Assembly (NCBI RefSeq): GCF_009914755.1
Contig: NC_060926.1
Source of the DNA: the human T2T-CHM13v2.0 reference genome, Homo sapiens
Direction: 5' to 3' (one strand)
DNA length: 64,000 nt
Of the stretch, positions 1 through 11,906 are shown one piece after another (positions within the stretch are counted from its first letter, which is position 1; the number at the start of each line of letters is the position of its first letter). The notes beneath the pieces are model-generated. The model worked only from the letters and a program-made list of their open reading frames with translations, was not told the DNA's origin and ran no database searches. The position numbers were made by a program, and so were the translations under genes.

Positions 1-779
1 TGCAAGGAGAACTGGTCACTGCCATGTACAGCTTTTACTTTTCTCTTGAAAAGGCAGTGCCACACCATTGCATAGAGAGGTCATAGAGAGATTCATTAAA
101 GACCTTGAAAAAAAACATGTCCTATGTTGACACAAGGGCTGGGCACTCATGCAGCAACAGTCAAGAAGGCCCACGGGTGCTCAAAGAACAGAGCAGAGGG
201 GAAGAAGAGCAACAAGCTGAGCTGCCCATGGCCGACCATTGAGCTGGATGCTGGCCACGCAGAGAGGTTTGCAACAGAGTTTCTGTCTGGGTTTAAATTC
301 TCAAACATCCGTGTCTGAAAGAATCACCCAGAGAGCTTGTGAAAATGCATCTTCTTTAGTGTTGTCCTCACAATAAACTGAAACAGAAGGTGGACCAAGA
401 AATAGAGATTTTTAACAAGTCCCCAGGTAATTCTGATACAAAAGGCCCATTAGCCACACATTGAGAAACATAAGTTTAGAATGCTATGCTTTATCCGACG
501 TTTACTTACCCCCAAAAACTGAGAGTACCACTGATAAAAAAGAAAGTAGAGCTTCTCATAAATGGATGCAGTGGACTCTGTGACTCCCATCCACTCACCA
601 CAGCTAGGATACAAATGTTCCTCTAAGTACCCAAATATACTTTCAGTATCTGGTAGAGCTTGTGTGCAAATATGACCCCAATGAGCTATCCCTCCGGGTA
701 TCCACACTGAATCTGGGCTGGCCCTGTGGCTGGCAAAACCAATAGAATGCAGTGGAAGATCCACAAAGCAGGCCTCAGG

Positions 780-1150
780 CCAAAGACTTAAGAAGGCCTA
801 GCAACTTCTATTTTCACAGTTTTGGGAGCCTTATACCACCATGTATAAAGTCCAACAACCCTGATGGAAAAACATGTAGAGAGGCCGCATGGGTGGGCCC
901 TGAGACCACATAGAGGGAGAGAGAGACAGACAGAGAGACAGACAGACAGACAGACACCCAGCCATCTCAGTGTCCCAGCTGAGCCCAGCCTTCTAGCTGC
1001 CCCTGCTAAGGTACCAGGCATGTAAGTGCACCATCTTGGAAGTTCCAGCTTAGTCAAGCTCCCTACTGACTGGAGCCCTCCGCAGATATCACATCAATTA
1101 GAAATCATCCAGCTAAGCCCCAACAACCCCAGTCAACCCACAAAAGAACT
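780..1150 (+). mobile_element. MLT1-type MaLR LTR fragment containing (GACA)n
   Basis: gccctgagaccacatagagggagagag...cccagctgagcccagccttctagc...ccaggcatgtaagtgcaccatcttgga. Confidence 0.55.
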
Positions 1151-3939
1151 AATTTCCGTAATACTAGTTCTTATTCTATACCATGACTTAAATCAAATAT
1201 TATTGCTGCATCACAAACCACCCTAAAACTTAGTGGCTTAAAACATCAAGTACTGTATTAGCTCTCACAATTTGGAGAACATGGTAGATAAAAAGGACTA
1301 ACTTATGTAAAGCATATTACAAAGTACTTTTATATTCAGTAGCTCATTTTATCCTGACAACATGCTGTGGGTTAGGAAAGGCAGATTCATGTTATTCCCA
1401 TCCAGCAGTGTTTTTAAATGACTTGTTTGAGATGGCTAGATTAGTTAGTGGCAGAGCTGATCATGTGATCATGTGATGTCAAATACAGGGCTATTTCTTT
1501 GCAGGCGTAGCCAGTTGCCCTGAGGGTTCAGCAGAGGATAAGGTGAGCTGGGACAAGGGTCTGACAGGAGCTAAAGAGAAGGTGATAGCACAGATGACCA
1601 GATGCAAAGGCTCTCTCTGATGGCCAGCCTTCAGAGAGGCTGATGGGGTAGGAGTCAGGTAGACAGATGAGGAGTGACACTGAGGCGACTCAGCATAAGA
1701 GAATTGAGGACATGGTGGCAAATGGTTGGAAAAAGCCATCCCTGATCTGATGGGTGGGCTAGATGTGAAAGAGCAGAGACTTGCATGGTGGGTCAGTTCT
1801 GTCTGCCCAGGAGTCCAGCAAGCCTGTGAGCAGCCTGGCCAAGGCTTCACACCGGGCTCCCCACCCAACTACAGCTTGTGTCCTCGTCATGCAGGGTCTG
1901 CTCCAAGGTGCCATGCTCCCTAGCTCTGTCTGTTATAGGAAGTGGGTTATGGGAAGTATCTTCAAGACAACTCTTCTAACAACTCAACCGTGGGCCCCTC
2001 CAGGGGAAGAATGAAGAATCCTGCTATAGGGTGTAAAATGTCAGGCAGTGGGTAAACAGCTACCCCACCCATTGCATGCCCTTCCTGGCCCTTGTCCCAC
2101 TCCTCCATGAGCCTCCTCTCCAGCCCTGGATTTCCTTCCTGCAGCTGGAACACATGTCCTGAAGACCCTAGCAGACCAGGCCCTCTATGCATCCTTATAA
2201 GGCAGTTCAGGCTCTAGCCCAAAACCTAGATGAGGCCACAGGTTCCTTCAAGGTGCCTGTGCATTAGGAAGAGGGGTAGGAGTGAGCGCCTGAGAGCCGT
2301 AAGCACTCTACCACCGGGGGTGCCCGAGAGTTGGCCCTACTGCCTGCAAACTCTTGGGAGCTTGTTGCTTCTGGGCGTGTGTGCCTGTGTGTTTGTGTAT
2401 GTGTGTGGCCTATGTGTGTATATCCACATCTCATGTAGAGAAGCCTAATCCATGCATAGTGCATGTGGAATTGGCCATGAATTTTACAGCCAGGAAACTT
2501 CCCAAAGGCAGAGTTGTGAGTCGCAAAAGAAAAATGTGGGGAGAAATCTATTTCTTTTGAAAAAAAAAATCCTCCCTCCCCCATTGCAAGGGTTGCAGTG
2601 AGTTAGTAAACAGCCTCTCTATACTTACTACAGAGACAAGTATTCAGAATCGGAGGAAACTCCTTTGATGAAGGCACAAATGGGAAGAGAAAGGAAGACA
2701 TTGTGGAGACAGGTTGACAACACCACAGTGAGACACAATGAACACAACAGTCGGGGTACATCCACTTGGGGCTCTGGCCTCAAGCAGACGGGTTTCTTCT
2801 GGCAACACTGGGCCTGCACAGGAGGCAATAGTTTGCTTGTGGAGGGAGCTCAGGGTTGGGGGATTCTATCAGAATCCACACGTGTGGCCGTTCTACTCCA
2901 GAGGGAGAAGATTCCAATAGGCCACCAGATTTCTGCTCTCTGGGTAGCAGGACAGCTCTGTCTGGTGGGGGTCTCCGGGGACCTGGGATGGAGTGTGCAT
3001 GCCCTGGAGTGATTCCAGGAGCTCAGTAAAGATACTTTTATGATTTAGGTGGCCAGGAACTATAATTCTTATCCACTTTATGTATACTATTAACCATAAC
3101 CGTAATTGCATCTTAAATTATTTAAGTCCTGCTTTTACTCTTTCAAAGTATGTTTTCACCTACACTTCCCTTATACATATATAAAAAGGGACTATATGAG
3201 TAGCCCCATCTGACAGTCAACAAAACTGAGGCTCAGAGATGCTGATTTGCTAAAATTAGCTGTTATTACTAGTTAGCAGTTCAGTTGGGCCTCGAACTCC
3301 GTTCTTTAAGCTAGTAGCTCTCTATTGAAGCTGTTTTCAACCTGGAACACACTTTAGATTCCCCTGGAGAGACGTGAAAACTCCAGGCTGTACTCCTAAA
3401 CCCACCTGACTCCAGACTTTTCTGAGTTTTCCTTAACTCAGAAAAGCTGGGGATGGGATCCAAGAATCAAGACGGTTAAAGCTCCGCAAGTGATTCCAAT
3501 GTGCGGTTAAGGTTGAGTATGACATCATTACCCTCACCTGGGAAATTCAGCATCTTAGGCCACATCCCAGACTTACTAAGTAGAATCTTCAGTTTCACAA
3601 GATCCCCAGGTGGTACCTATACACGTTAAGGTCTGAGAAAGGGGCTAGTGCATCTGGAAAGGCCTAACAGCCCCGGCCATGTCTGAGTTGGGGCAAGGAG
3701 CCGGGGGCCAGCCAGTAACTTATTCTTCATTGCTTATACTGGGTTTAAGCTGCAAGGTGTAGTGTTATAGCTTGTGAGTGAAACAACATGAAACTTGATA
3801 ACCCCTATTTCTGATTTCCTAGAAATAGCAGAGGGGAAAGATTTTCAGATTAGGGGCAACACGAGTGGAAGGCAGGGCACCTTCCCAGCCTGCAGATGCA
3901 CCCCTCTCCCTCCCTCCCAGCCTACTCAGCTGGACTCAC

Positions 3940-4068
3940 CCTCTAAAGACTTGGAAGGAGAGACTAAAGGGCTCTTTGTCTCTGCCTCCTTCGCTGGGCT
4001 CTGCACTGGAGAAGCAGGTGCAGACTTTGCAGGTGAGCCAGGCTCTTCTGGGGCAGTTTCTTTCTCTC
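3940..4068 (-). CDS. ADD2: beta-adducin exon 15 (dual-frame)
   Basis: ttttttcag|GA; (G)[42 protein letters not shown]; 129 nt; donor G|gtgagt; final exon is outside the window. Confidence 0.95.
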
Positions 4069-4302
4069 CTGAAAAAACAGAAAAACACCTCAGGATAGAG
4101 GTCAAATAGAGAAGAGATGGGCAGGGAAATAAAGCCTTTTAAAAATTACTTTTTTCTATTTGGTCATCAATCCTCCTGGCTGATAATGAGACTTCTAGCT
4201 GAAGTTAGCTCCTCCCCCTGACCTTCTTAGATTTCTGCTACTTCCCTGGGAAGGCCAATGGGAGAGGGTGGAGTCATGTTTCCTTCATCAAAACACACCT
4301 AC

Positions 4303-4388
4303 CAATATGTTACTCCAGATGTGGAGGGCAACGCTGAAGAACTCGCACACGGCCGGACCAGAGCCTGGCTCTCGTTCCTGTCCTGTCT
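4303..4388 (-). CDS. ADD2: 86-nt alternative cassette exon (frameshifting, 643-aa isoform)
   Basis: ttctcttcag|AG...TTG|gtaggt; encodes (E)TGQEREPGSGPAVCEFFSVALHIWSNIL, then exon 15 in the shifted frame; 580+29+34=643 aa. Confidence 0.85.
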
Positions 4389-4656
4389 CTGAAGAGAACC
4401 AGCCAGGAGCTTTGTGTCGTGAGCACAGAGCACATCAACGGGTAAGAGGTGGACCCACAACCACCAACTCCCCTTATTTTATTTTTTGCTGACTCCCCTT
4501 AAAAACACCCATGATTTCTTTGCATGTAACTATTGTTTAATTCATCAAATTTACATTTTCTGTCCAAACAATCCCTAGGGATAAAAAGTGCCATGTTCCT
4601 CTATTTGCTTTTCAATTGGCACATTAGAGCTCCAAGCAAGCCAGCAAGGGTTTTTT

Positions 4657-4949
4657 GGTTTTTGCTGTTGTTGTTTGAGATGAAGTCTCCCTCTGTCACC
4701 CAGGCTGGAGTGCAGTGGTGTGACCTCAGCTCACTGTAACCTCCGCCTTCTGGGTTCAAGCAATTCTCCTGCCACAGCCTCCTGAGTATCTGAGATTTTT
4801 GGCGTGTACCACCATGCCTGGCTAATTTTTGTATTTTTAGTAGAGACGGGGTTTCACCATGTTGGCCAGACTGGTCTCGAACTGCTGACCTCAGGTGATC
4901 CACCAGCCTTGGCCTCCCAACGTGCTGGGATTACAGGCCATTCCTGGCC
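4657..4949 (-). mobile_element. AluS-type SINE
   Basis: Reverse-complement Alu dimer; TSD agcaagggtttttt at 4643-4656 and 4950-4963. Confidence 0.9.
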
Positions 4950-5739
4950 AGCAAGGGTTTTTTAAGTGTCTGCTTTGTGTCCAGGAAGGTGGCTGACTTG
5001 GGGTGAGGAATGGAGATGGTGGAAGAAGACCCTGCCTTGAGGGAGTGTCAGTCTAGCCCAGTGGACACAACCAAAAGCTGAATTATGTGTCTCAGACCCC
5101 AAGTGGTCAGGAAGCAAAGAGAAGGGACAGCTCAATTTGGGTGGAGTAGAGAGGGTGACAGGGAGGCCCTTCCTAGCTGGAGAGGGGTTTGAGAGGAAGC
5201 CGGGACTGATCAGGCTAGCCAAGAAGGGGAACCATGCCAGGAAGAGACAAAGGTAGGAACAAGGGCATACAAGCTACTGTGAGTGAATATTTGGGAGTCA
5301 ACACAGAGAGATGGGCTTCACTCAAGAATCTGAAATAAAGGAGCGAGAAAAAGACACAAAGGTGTCAGCTGGTGGAGGGTTTTGATTGCCAGGCTAAAAG
5401 GCTTATAGTAGACCTGGTGGGAAATAATAATGATGACTATGATCATTATTATAGCTAAAATTGATCTGGTGTTTACTGGCCTAAGCCATATTTGTAGGCA
5501 CTTCTCTAAGCACATTACAAGTATTAACTCCTTTATGCCCGGTAAGAGGGTCAAGTGAGGTCATGAAGGCACCGAGTAACTGTCAGGAACAGAGCAATGA
5601 AGGGCATTTTTGTGATTAATGGAACTACAGTAGAAATATTCTTTGATGATGGGGCAGGAAGGTCCTCTCTTGGTAGTCCTGAGCTCTCCCCTCCACCCTG
5701 GGGGACTTGGAAGCAAGGGTGTGCCTCAGGGTCATTTAC

Positions 5740-5887
5740 CATCAAGTTCTAGTTTCTTCCTCTCCACCTCTTTCTTGTACTCCTCCAACTCCTGGTCAGT
5801 GAGTTGGCTGAAGGGGTTGGGCACCGTCTCCTCTGAATCGTCTTTGGTATCCTCGTCTCCCTTGGACATCAGCTGGCTCTCTGTAGA
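5740..5887 (-). CDS. ADD2: beta-adducin exon 14
   Basis: ctttcag|TCT; [49 protein letters not shown]; 148 nt; donor G|gtaaat. Confidence 0.96.
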
Positions 5888-6169
5888 CTGAAAGTTAACC
5901 ACAGAGGGTGTGTCGCTCTCTGAACGCCGCAGTTGGGGTGCAGGCCCCAGCTTCCTTTTAGATTCATGTGGCTGCAAGCGGTCTTGCTAGGGACAGCGTG
6001 GCATGCAGCTCCTTGGAAACAGCTCAGGGCCTTGGGGTAGGGATTGTTCTTTCCTCCCCATTGCTACCTTACCCCTAGATTTTGCAACTGGCTGGATGAA
6101 TATAGGGGGTCCACAGTCTGCCCCTGAAATAAAATCAAAGGATGCTCCCGAGCAGAAGGAAGACACACC

Positions 6170-6175
6170 TTTATT
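6170..6175 (-). terminator. intronic polyadenylation signal AATAAA for the short isoform
   Basis: Plus strand tttatt is AATAAA on the gene strand, followed ~30-45 nt downstream by U-rich cctttgattttattt. It is the only AATAAA I saw between the 7771 stop and exon 14. Confidence 0.65.
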
Positions 6176-7770
6176 GCAATCCCTTCTATGGACACTTCCA
6201 AGCCATCACTATGCAAATACAGTTGGTGGCCCAAAGCCAGTCAGCCAAAGCCCAGCAAGCATAGCATTGGCTCAAGCAAGCTTCATGCCAGCCATTCCCC
6301 ACCACTGCCCTCCCCGCCCCCACAGCAGTGCAAGCCACAACACACAGCATTAAGTTATATGCACAACACACAGCAGCTTCAGTGCTCTCAGTCCAAACTG
6401 TTAGTCCTGTTTCACACACAGTTGTAAGTGACAAAGGGGCCAAGGTTCCTGAGTCTCAGATCTTCAACCTGCCTGTACCGCAGGTCCCTGCAGGGATACT
6501 GGCAAAATCACTGGGTTTTGCCACCTCTGTGGAGCCCGTGGTTCTAGGGAGCTGACCAGCCGGCCCTTACATAAGCTTCAGGAATTCTTTGACCCCTCTA
6601 GCCCAAGATAGGAACTAAAATTCAGACTCCACAGCCTTTTTTCCTAATTCAGCATCCTCATCTTGGCCTTTGAGGATGCAGTGCTCTGAAGCTGAGGAGC
6701 AAAGAGAGTGAAGCCAAAGGGAGGTGAGCCTGGAGGCTGCCAGTCCTCCCTGCCCTGGCCCGCCAGGTCTTCTGCCCCTGGGCCCCTTCCAAAAGGGAGG
6801 CCACAGTAGGCCTAATGTAGGGAATCATGGAGTCAACCGAGAATCCAAGACCAAAAACCCAAGAAGAGGGACTCCGAGAAGAGCACTTGGTATAAATGGC
6901 AGGGGAGATTTTTGTTTGTTTTTTTAACAGTGTTGCTCATTGTAATGAACTCTCACCTCCCGCCAGAACATGGCTATTTCTATACTTGACCCTGCGGGAT
7001 ATTCAGTGTTCCCCATCTTGGCTGAGTTGGGGTTGGGGGGAGGTAAGTGTGATGATACAACTTTCACACTTCTCCTGCCAATGGGCACCCACCCTGTGGG
7101 CTGCAGTCTTGACCTGAAATCATTGCATCATCACAATTTGCCCTGCAGAGAGGAACATTTCCTGTATTTCCCCAATTTTTACTGCTAAGGAAAATGTCAT
7201 GCCCATTGCTACCTTGCAAGGAGCAGCAGTGATTTCAAACACATGCCACAATTCTGAACTTCACCCCTTTTGCTAAGCACTAGACAAAACACTGTTCTAT
7301 CTCAAGCACAAAAACAATTACAATACTTTCTAACTCAATGTGGGTTTGTGTGGGTAATATTGTCCCTTCCCATCCTGTAGGAGCATGGGTCCTGTCTATA
7401 TACCCCTTCTCTATGGGTACATGATCATCTTTCCAGAGCTCTGGTTGGATGATGTCATACCAGGCTCAGAGGTCAGAGACTCTCAGGGCTGGGCACACCT
7501 GGGGCACCTGGGAGTCTCCAGCCCCAAGCCTATGAGTCCCCACTTCACGGGGTAGTAAGGGAGGACAGAGTGGAGTTCCATGGCAGGAGGTACGGAAGCC
7601 GGCCGCATCACTCCTGCAGGCAGGCTGGGCTGCTGTTCTCCAGCCCAGTGCCCACAGGGGCCATCAGACATTGTCCTCCCTGGTCCTCACAGCACCCCTG
7701 TGAGGTTGGCCTCCATTTTGCAGCAAGAGCACCGGCACCCAAGATCACAGGGGAAGGTGGGTATGAGGAC

Positions 7771-7857
7771 TCAGGGGTCCTGCAACCCAGCCCCAGGCAC
7801 AGAAGACCCCGAAGGCAAACACGTTTCCCCGCCAGTCAGGGGCAGCCTCTGCTCTAC
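7771..7857 (-). CDS. ADD2: alternative C-terminus of short (559 aa) beta-adducin isoform by read-through of the exon 13 donor
   Basis: In-frame continuation [28 protein letters not shown] (TGA at 7771-7773); 531+28=559 aa; matches the recalled short isoform. Confidence 0.85.
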   Translation of the reverse strand, partial: VEQRLPLTGGETCLPSGSSVPGAGLQDP

Positions 7858-7947
7858 CGGGCTTCGGCTCTTCTCGGCAATGACGCTCGCCAGGAGCTGG
7901 GACTGAGGCCCCGCTGACTTCACATCTTGTCGGTTTTGTTCTCGAAT
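7858..7947 (-). CDS. ADD2: beta-adducin exon 13
   Basis: cacacag|ATT; [30 protein letters not shown]; 90 nt; weak donor CCG|gtagag. Confidence 0.95.
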
Positions 7948-8819
7948 CTGTGTGGAAAGGGGAGAGGAAGAGTGAGCTGGCTGTTCAGGGTCAGCGTGGA
8001 GTTTGGGAGGGGGCATACGGGTGTGCCTGGGGTCTAGAAAGGTCCTCTAGCGGTGTGGGAGCCCGTCACCTATCCTAATGCAATCCTTGTACTTTAAGGG
8101 GGGGCCTCCAAGTCTGTTCCAGGGTGAATTAGCAATTTATGTAAAGCACCAGATTTTCATGAAACCAGAAGGAGCTGTAAACTATGAAAAGTAAAATGAG
8201 GCATAGTTGATCCTAAGAAGCCCCTGAGGAATTTGTTTTAAATACAGATTCTAGGCACCCCCCACCATTGAATCTGAATATCTGGGGAGAGGGGAGAGGG
8301 GAGAGGGAGGGAGGGTGGTAGAGGAGGGTGACCCAGGAATCTCAACTTTCAACAAGCGCTGTAGGGTATCCGGGTCCACACACTGCCACACTATCCTGTG
8401 AGCGATCTGATCTGTTAGAGGTGCCTGCTACAACTGCAGTTTTAAAGTAACATTAAAAATACACGCAAGTGAACTGTCAGGCAAAAGTCCGGAAACAAAC
8501 ACAGCAATCTTGAAATATTGCCAATAAGCCAAAAGGAAAATGGTATAAAATTTATTAAAACTCATTTTGTGGGCAGGACTTTCAGAGACAGCTGGTGTGT
8601 AAACCAAGCTGTGCTCTAGGTAAAGGGTTACGGGACCACAGGAGTACAGCGCTTAGCACAGCACCTGGGCCATGGTCAGTCAATGGTAGTTTCTCTCTCC
8701 TGTGAGGCATGTGAGATGTCAGCGAGTCAGGCACATCCTGGGAACTCAGCTCCTGTTTGTGGGACCTGAGACCCCCCAGTGTGGGAGAAGAAAGAGTGGG
8801 ATAAACAGACCCCACTTAC

Positions 8820-8939
8820 CTTGTTCCTCATCTCCAGTACTTCCTGGGGGTCAGTATAGAGAGGCACAAATTGGTTTGGGTTTTCGATGCGAATCGGCAT
8901 GCCACTGCTGGATTTCTCCACCTCGTCAGCCTTCATCCA
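8820..8939 (-). CDS. ADD2: beta-adducin exon 12
   Basis: tgtgcag|TGG; [40 protein letters not shown]; 120 nt; donor AAG|gtaagt. Confidence 0.96.
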
Positions 8940-9765
8940 CTGCACAAACACAAGGTCATGGGGCTGAGGTGAGGGAACAGGCCCATGAGTCCTCCCCAGT
9001 GGTCCACCCACGAGATCTGGGCCCAACAGCCTGCATGGAAGGTCAGCAAGCCTACTCATAGACACTCTCTCTTCTTAGGCCTCTTTGATGTCTGTCTCCA
9101 GGAGCAGAGAATGGCAACAGATGACCCAGTTACCAATGAAGGCCCTCAGGCCAAAGGTCGGCTATAAAGAACATCCAAGAGTTGGGGTCAGAACCTTGGG
9201 AACCAGCTTTGATACACAGGCAACCACTTGGGCTTCAGTATTAGGTAACTTGATTTGAGTTTGGAGAGCTTCATATTGTTTTATGAAGAGCTATTCTATT
9301 TGGCTGTTGGCTACTTTTATGTTAATAAAAAATTGAGAGCCTGTGGGTGGGGACAGGGAGAGAAAATATAACTTCATAGAAGTGGCTGTACAGCCCACCT
9401 CCTGGGCTTGCATCAGATCTGAAGTCCCAATGTTAAATGCTCCTCCCTTGAATTTCCCAAGAGCCCCCTGTGGATGTGGGAGAAAGAAGCACAAACCAAC
9501 TGGTTCTGGGTCATGTGCCTGGTCCAACTGCCCTCTGGAGAAATCTGCTCCTTAGACCCAAAAACTCAGGCAGAGGTGCAAGGAAGAAGTGGTCAGGGGC
9601 TCAGTGGGCCTGAGCAGCTGCTCCCAGAGGCCTAATAGGAAGCCCAAAGAGGATGCTACTAACCTGGGGCAGGAGAGGTTTGTTCTGTTCCCGTTTTAAA
9701 AATGCTTCACCCTGCTAATGCAGCCTGCCCCTCTCTGCCCGGGTCTGTCCTGGGCTCCCCCTTAC

Positions 9766-10023
9766 CGTGGTCTTGGGTCGGGGGCTGCCCATGCTCCTCT
9801 GGACCTCATCGGCCACATTGACCCGCAGGTAGGTGTTGGGCGTATTGAGCCAGCGGGTCTTCTCCTTCTGCTGCTTCTGGGCATGCTGTCGCAGGGCGGG
9901 CACCGGGGCACCGTCCTCCTCAAACACGAAGGCTGTGACCGTGGCTGGAATCTCCACCTCACTTTTGTGTTTGGTTTTCTCTTGAACAAAGGGGTGGCGA
10001 TACGTGTAACCTGTTCTGTAGCC
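9766..10023 (-). CDS. ADD2: beta-adducin exon 11
   Basis: tttatag|GGC; [29 protein letters not shown]...[10 protein letters not shown]; 258 nt; donor ACG|gtaagg. Confidence 0.96.
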
Positions 10024-11906
10024 CTATAAAGGACAAAAATAGAACCACTTATGGGGTGAGAAAAAAGGCCTGTACCTGCACATACATGCACACACACCTT
10101 TCCTTCCGTCTGCTTAAAGGACTCTTCATGTAAACCCAAATCTCCATTAAACAATCTAGGCTTTCCACTCTTCTGGTATATTTCAGAACTGTTCCCTCCT
10201 CCTGGTCCCCCATCCCCTCTCTTTCTCTACCCCAACAAGTCCTCTGATCAGGGCTGAGAAAATCCCTAGACCTTTGTGGACCAGATAGACAGAGCTCCTC
10301 ATCCAAATGGAGCCACAGATTTCCTCTGGTCCAGTGGCTCCCAGCCCTGGCTGTACACTAGAATCACGGGGGGAGCTTCACACAAACACTGATGCCTGGG
10401 CCCTGATGCAGAGTTGCCCATTTAATCAGATCACAGTGTGGCCTGGGCTACAGGATCTTTAAAAGCTTCCCAGCTGATTTAACAGTCACCCCTCCCTTCC
10501 TTGACTGTGAAACTTCTTAACAATTTCCTTCTAGGAACCCTGAAATCAGACTCAAGAACATTCCTGTCTCCTAAGCAAGGCCACATCCCCTCAAAGCTGG
10601 AGCTGACTGCTTCTTGGAGAGAACAAACATTCTGGAATCTTGGCAGCTGTTGGAGCAATATTCAGCTCTCTTTGTCTTCTTTTATTTTTAAATTAAAATG
10701 ACATTATTTTTCTGATTATAAAGGAAATACAGATCCATGTAGAAAAATTAAGCAAAATTAAAAAAAATAAGGAAAAAACGGAATTTTATGCAAACTCTCA
10801 CCCCAGAGACAATCACTAAAAACCTTTCCAGTCATATCTCTATGCATATACATGTGTGTCCATATATGTTTGATACTAGTAAAATGGATATTTCCAATTA
10901 CATATAATGGCTACTTAACTATTTTCCTTTGTAAATTGTTTATGTTCTCAGCCCATTTTTCTATTGATGTTTCTGTTTTTCACATTGATTTGTAAGCTCT
11001 TTGTAAATTAAGAATATTAATTTTTTCACTATCATAGATGGTGAAAATATTTCCCTCCATACTTTGTCTTTTACCTTGTTTATGGTGGGGGAGTGGCTTA
11101 TAGAAATGCAAGTTTTGAATTGTTTAATATCATATCTATTAATATTTGTCAAGATTGCAGCCTTTTGTGCCGTGCTTGATAAGTCTTCCCTAACACAAGG
11201 GCATCAAAAACATAAGTCTATGTTTTTTAATACCCCTATGAGTTCACTTTTTATGTTTACCATTTTGACAAACCAGGAATTTATCTTGTTGAAATAAATG
11301 AAGTAGCATCTGCCTTAGCTTTCCTTCCCAGATGGCAAGTAGTCTATCTTTCCCTCACTGATTTATAAAGTGCCTGCTTTTCCTGTGTTAAATTCTCATA
11401 TATTTTGGATCTATTTCTGGATTCTCTAAGCTGTTGCATTGTTTTGCACATCCATTCTGCTAGTGCCACGCCATTTAGTTGCCAAAGTTTTATCACACTT
11501 TGTCATGAGGTGGAATTAGTATTCCTAATTACTTTTCTTTTTATAACATTGCCCTAGCCATTCTGAATTTCACATGGAAGGATATTTTGTCAAGTCCTCA
11601 TACCTTCCCCCATTTTTGAAAGAAATCCATTGACTTTATTGATTAATTTTGGGGAAGTAACCTCTTTACCCTATTGAAGCTTTCTAACCAAGAATAAATT
11701 ATAGCTCTTCACTGACTTCAGGTTTTCTCTGATGTCTATTAATAAAGTTTTATGGTTTTAAAAACACGGATTATGCTTTTTAGTGTTTTATGATTGTGAT
11801 CCATTTGCAAATAGGATTATTTTCTCCCATTATTATATTTTCAAAGTAGTTAAGATACAAAAACTACTGATTTTTGTATATATTTGCATAATTGTCCACC
11901 TTAAAC

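Noticed and set aside
4303-4386. Second AG 2 nt into the cassette exon restoring frame (84-nt exon)
   Set aside because: That frame hits TAA within the exon, so it cannot give a full-length protein.
5732-5739. In-frame stop just inside intron 14 (...ELDGK*) as another isoform
   Set aside because: An early intronic stop is common, and I have no sequence evidence that this donor is read through.
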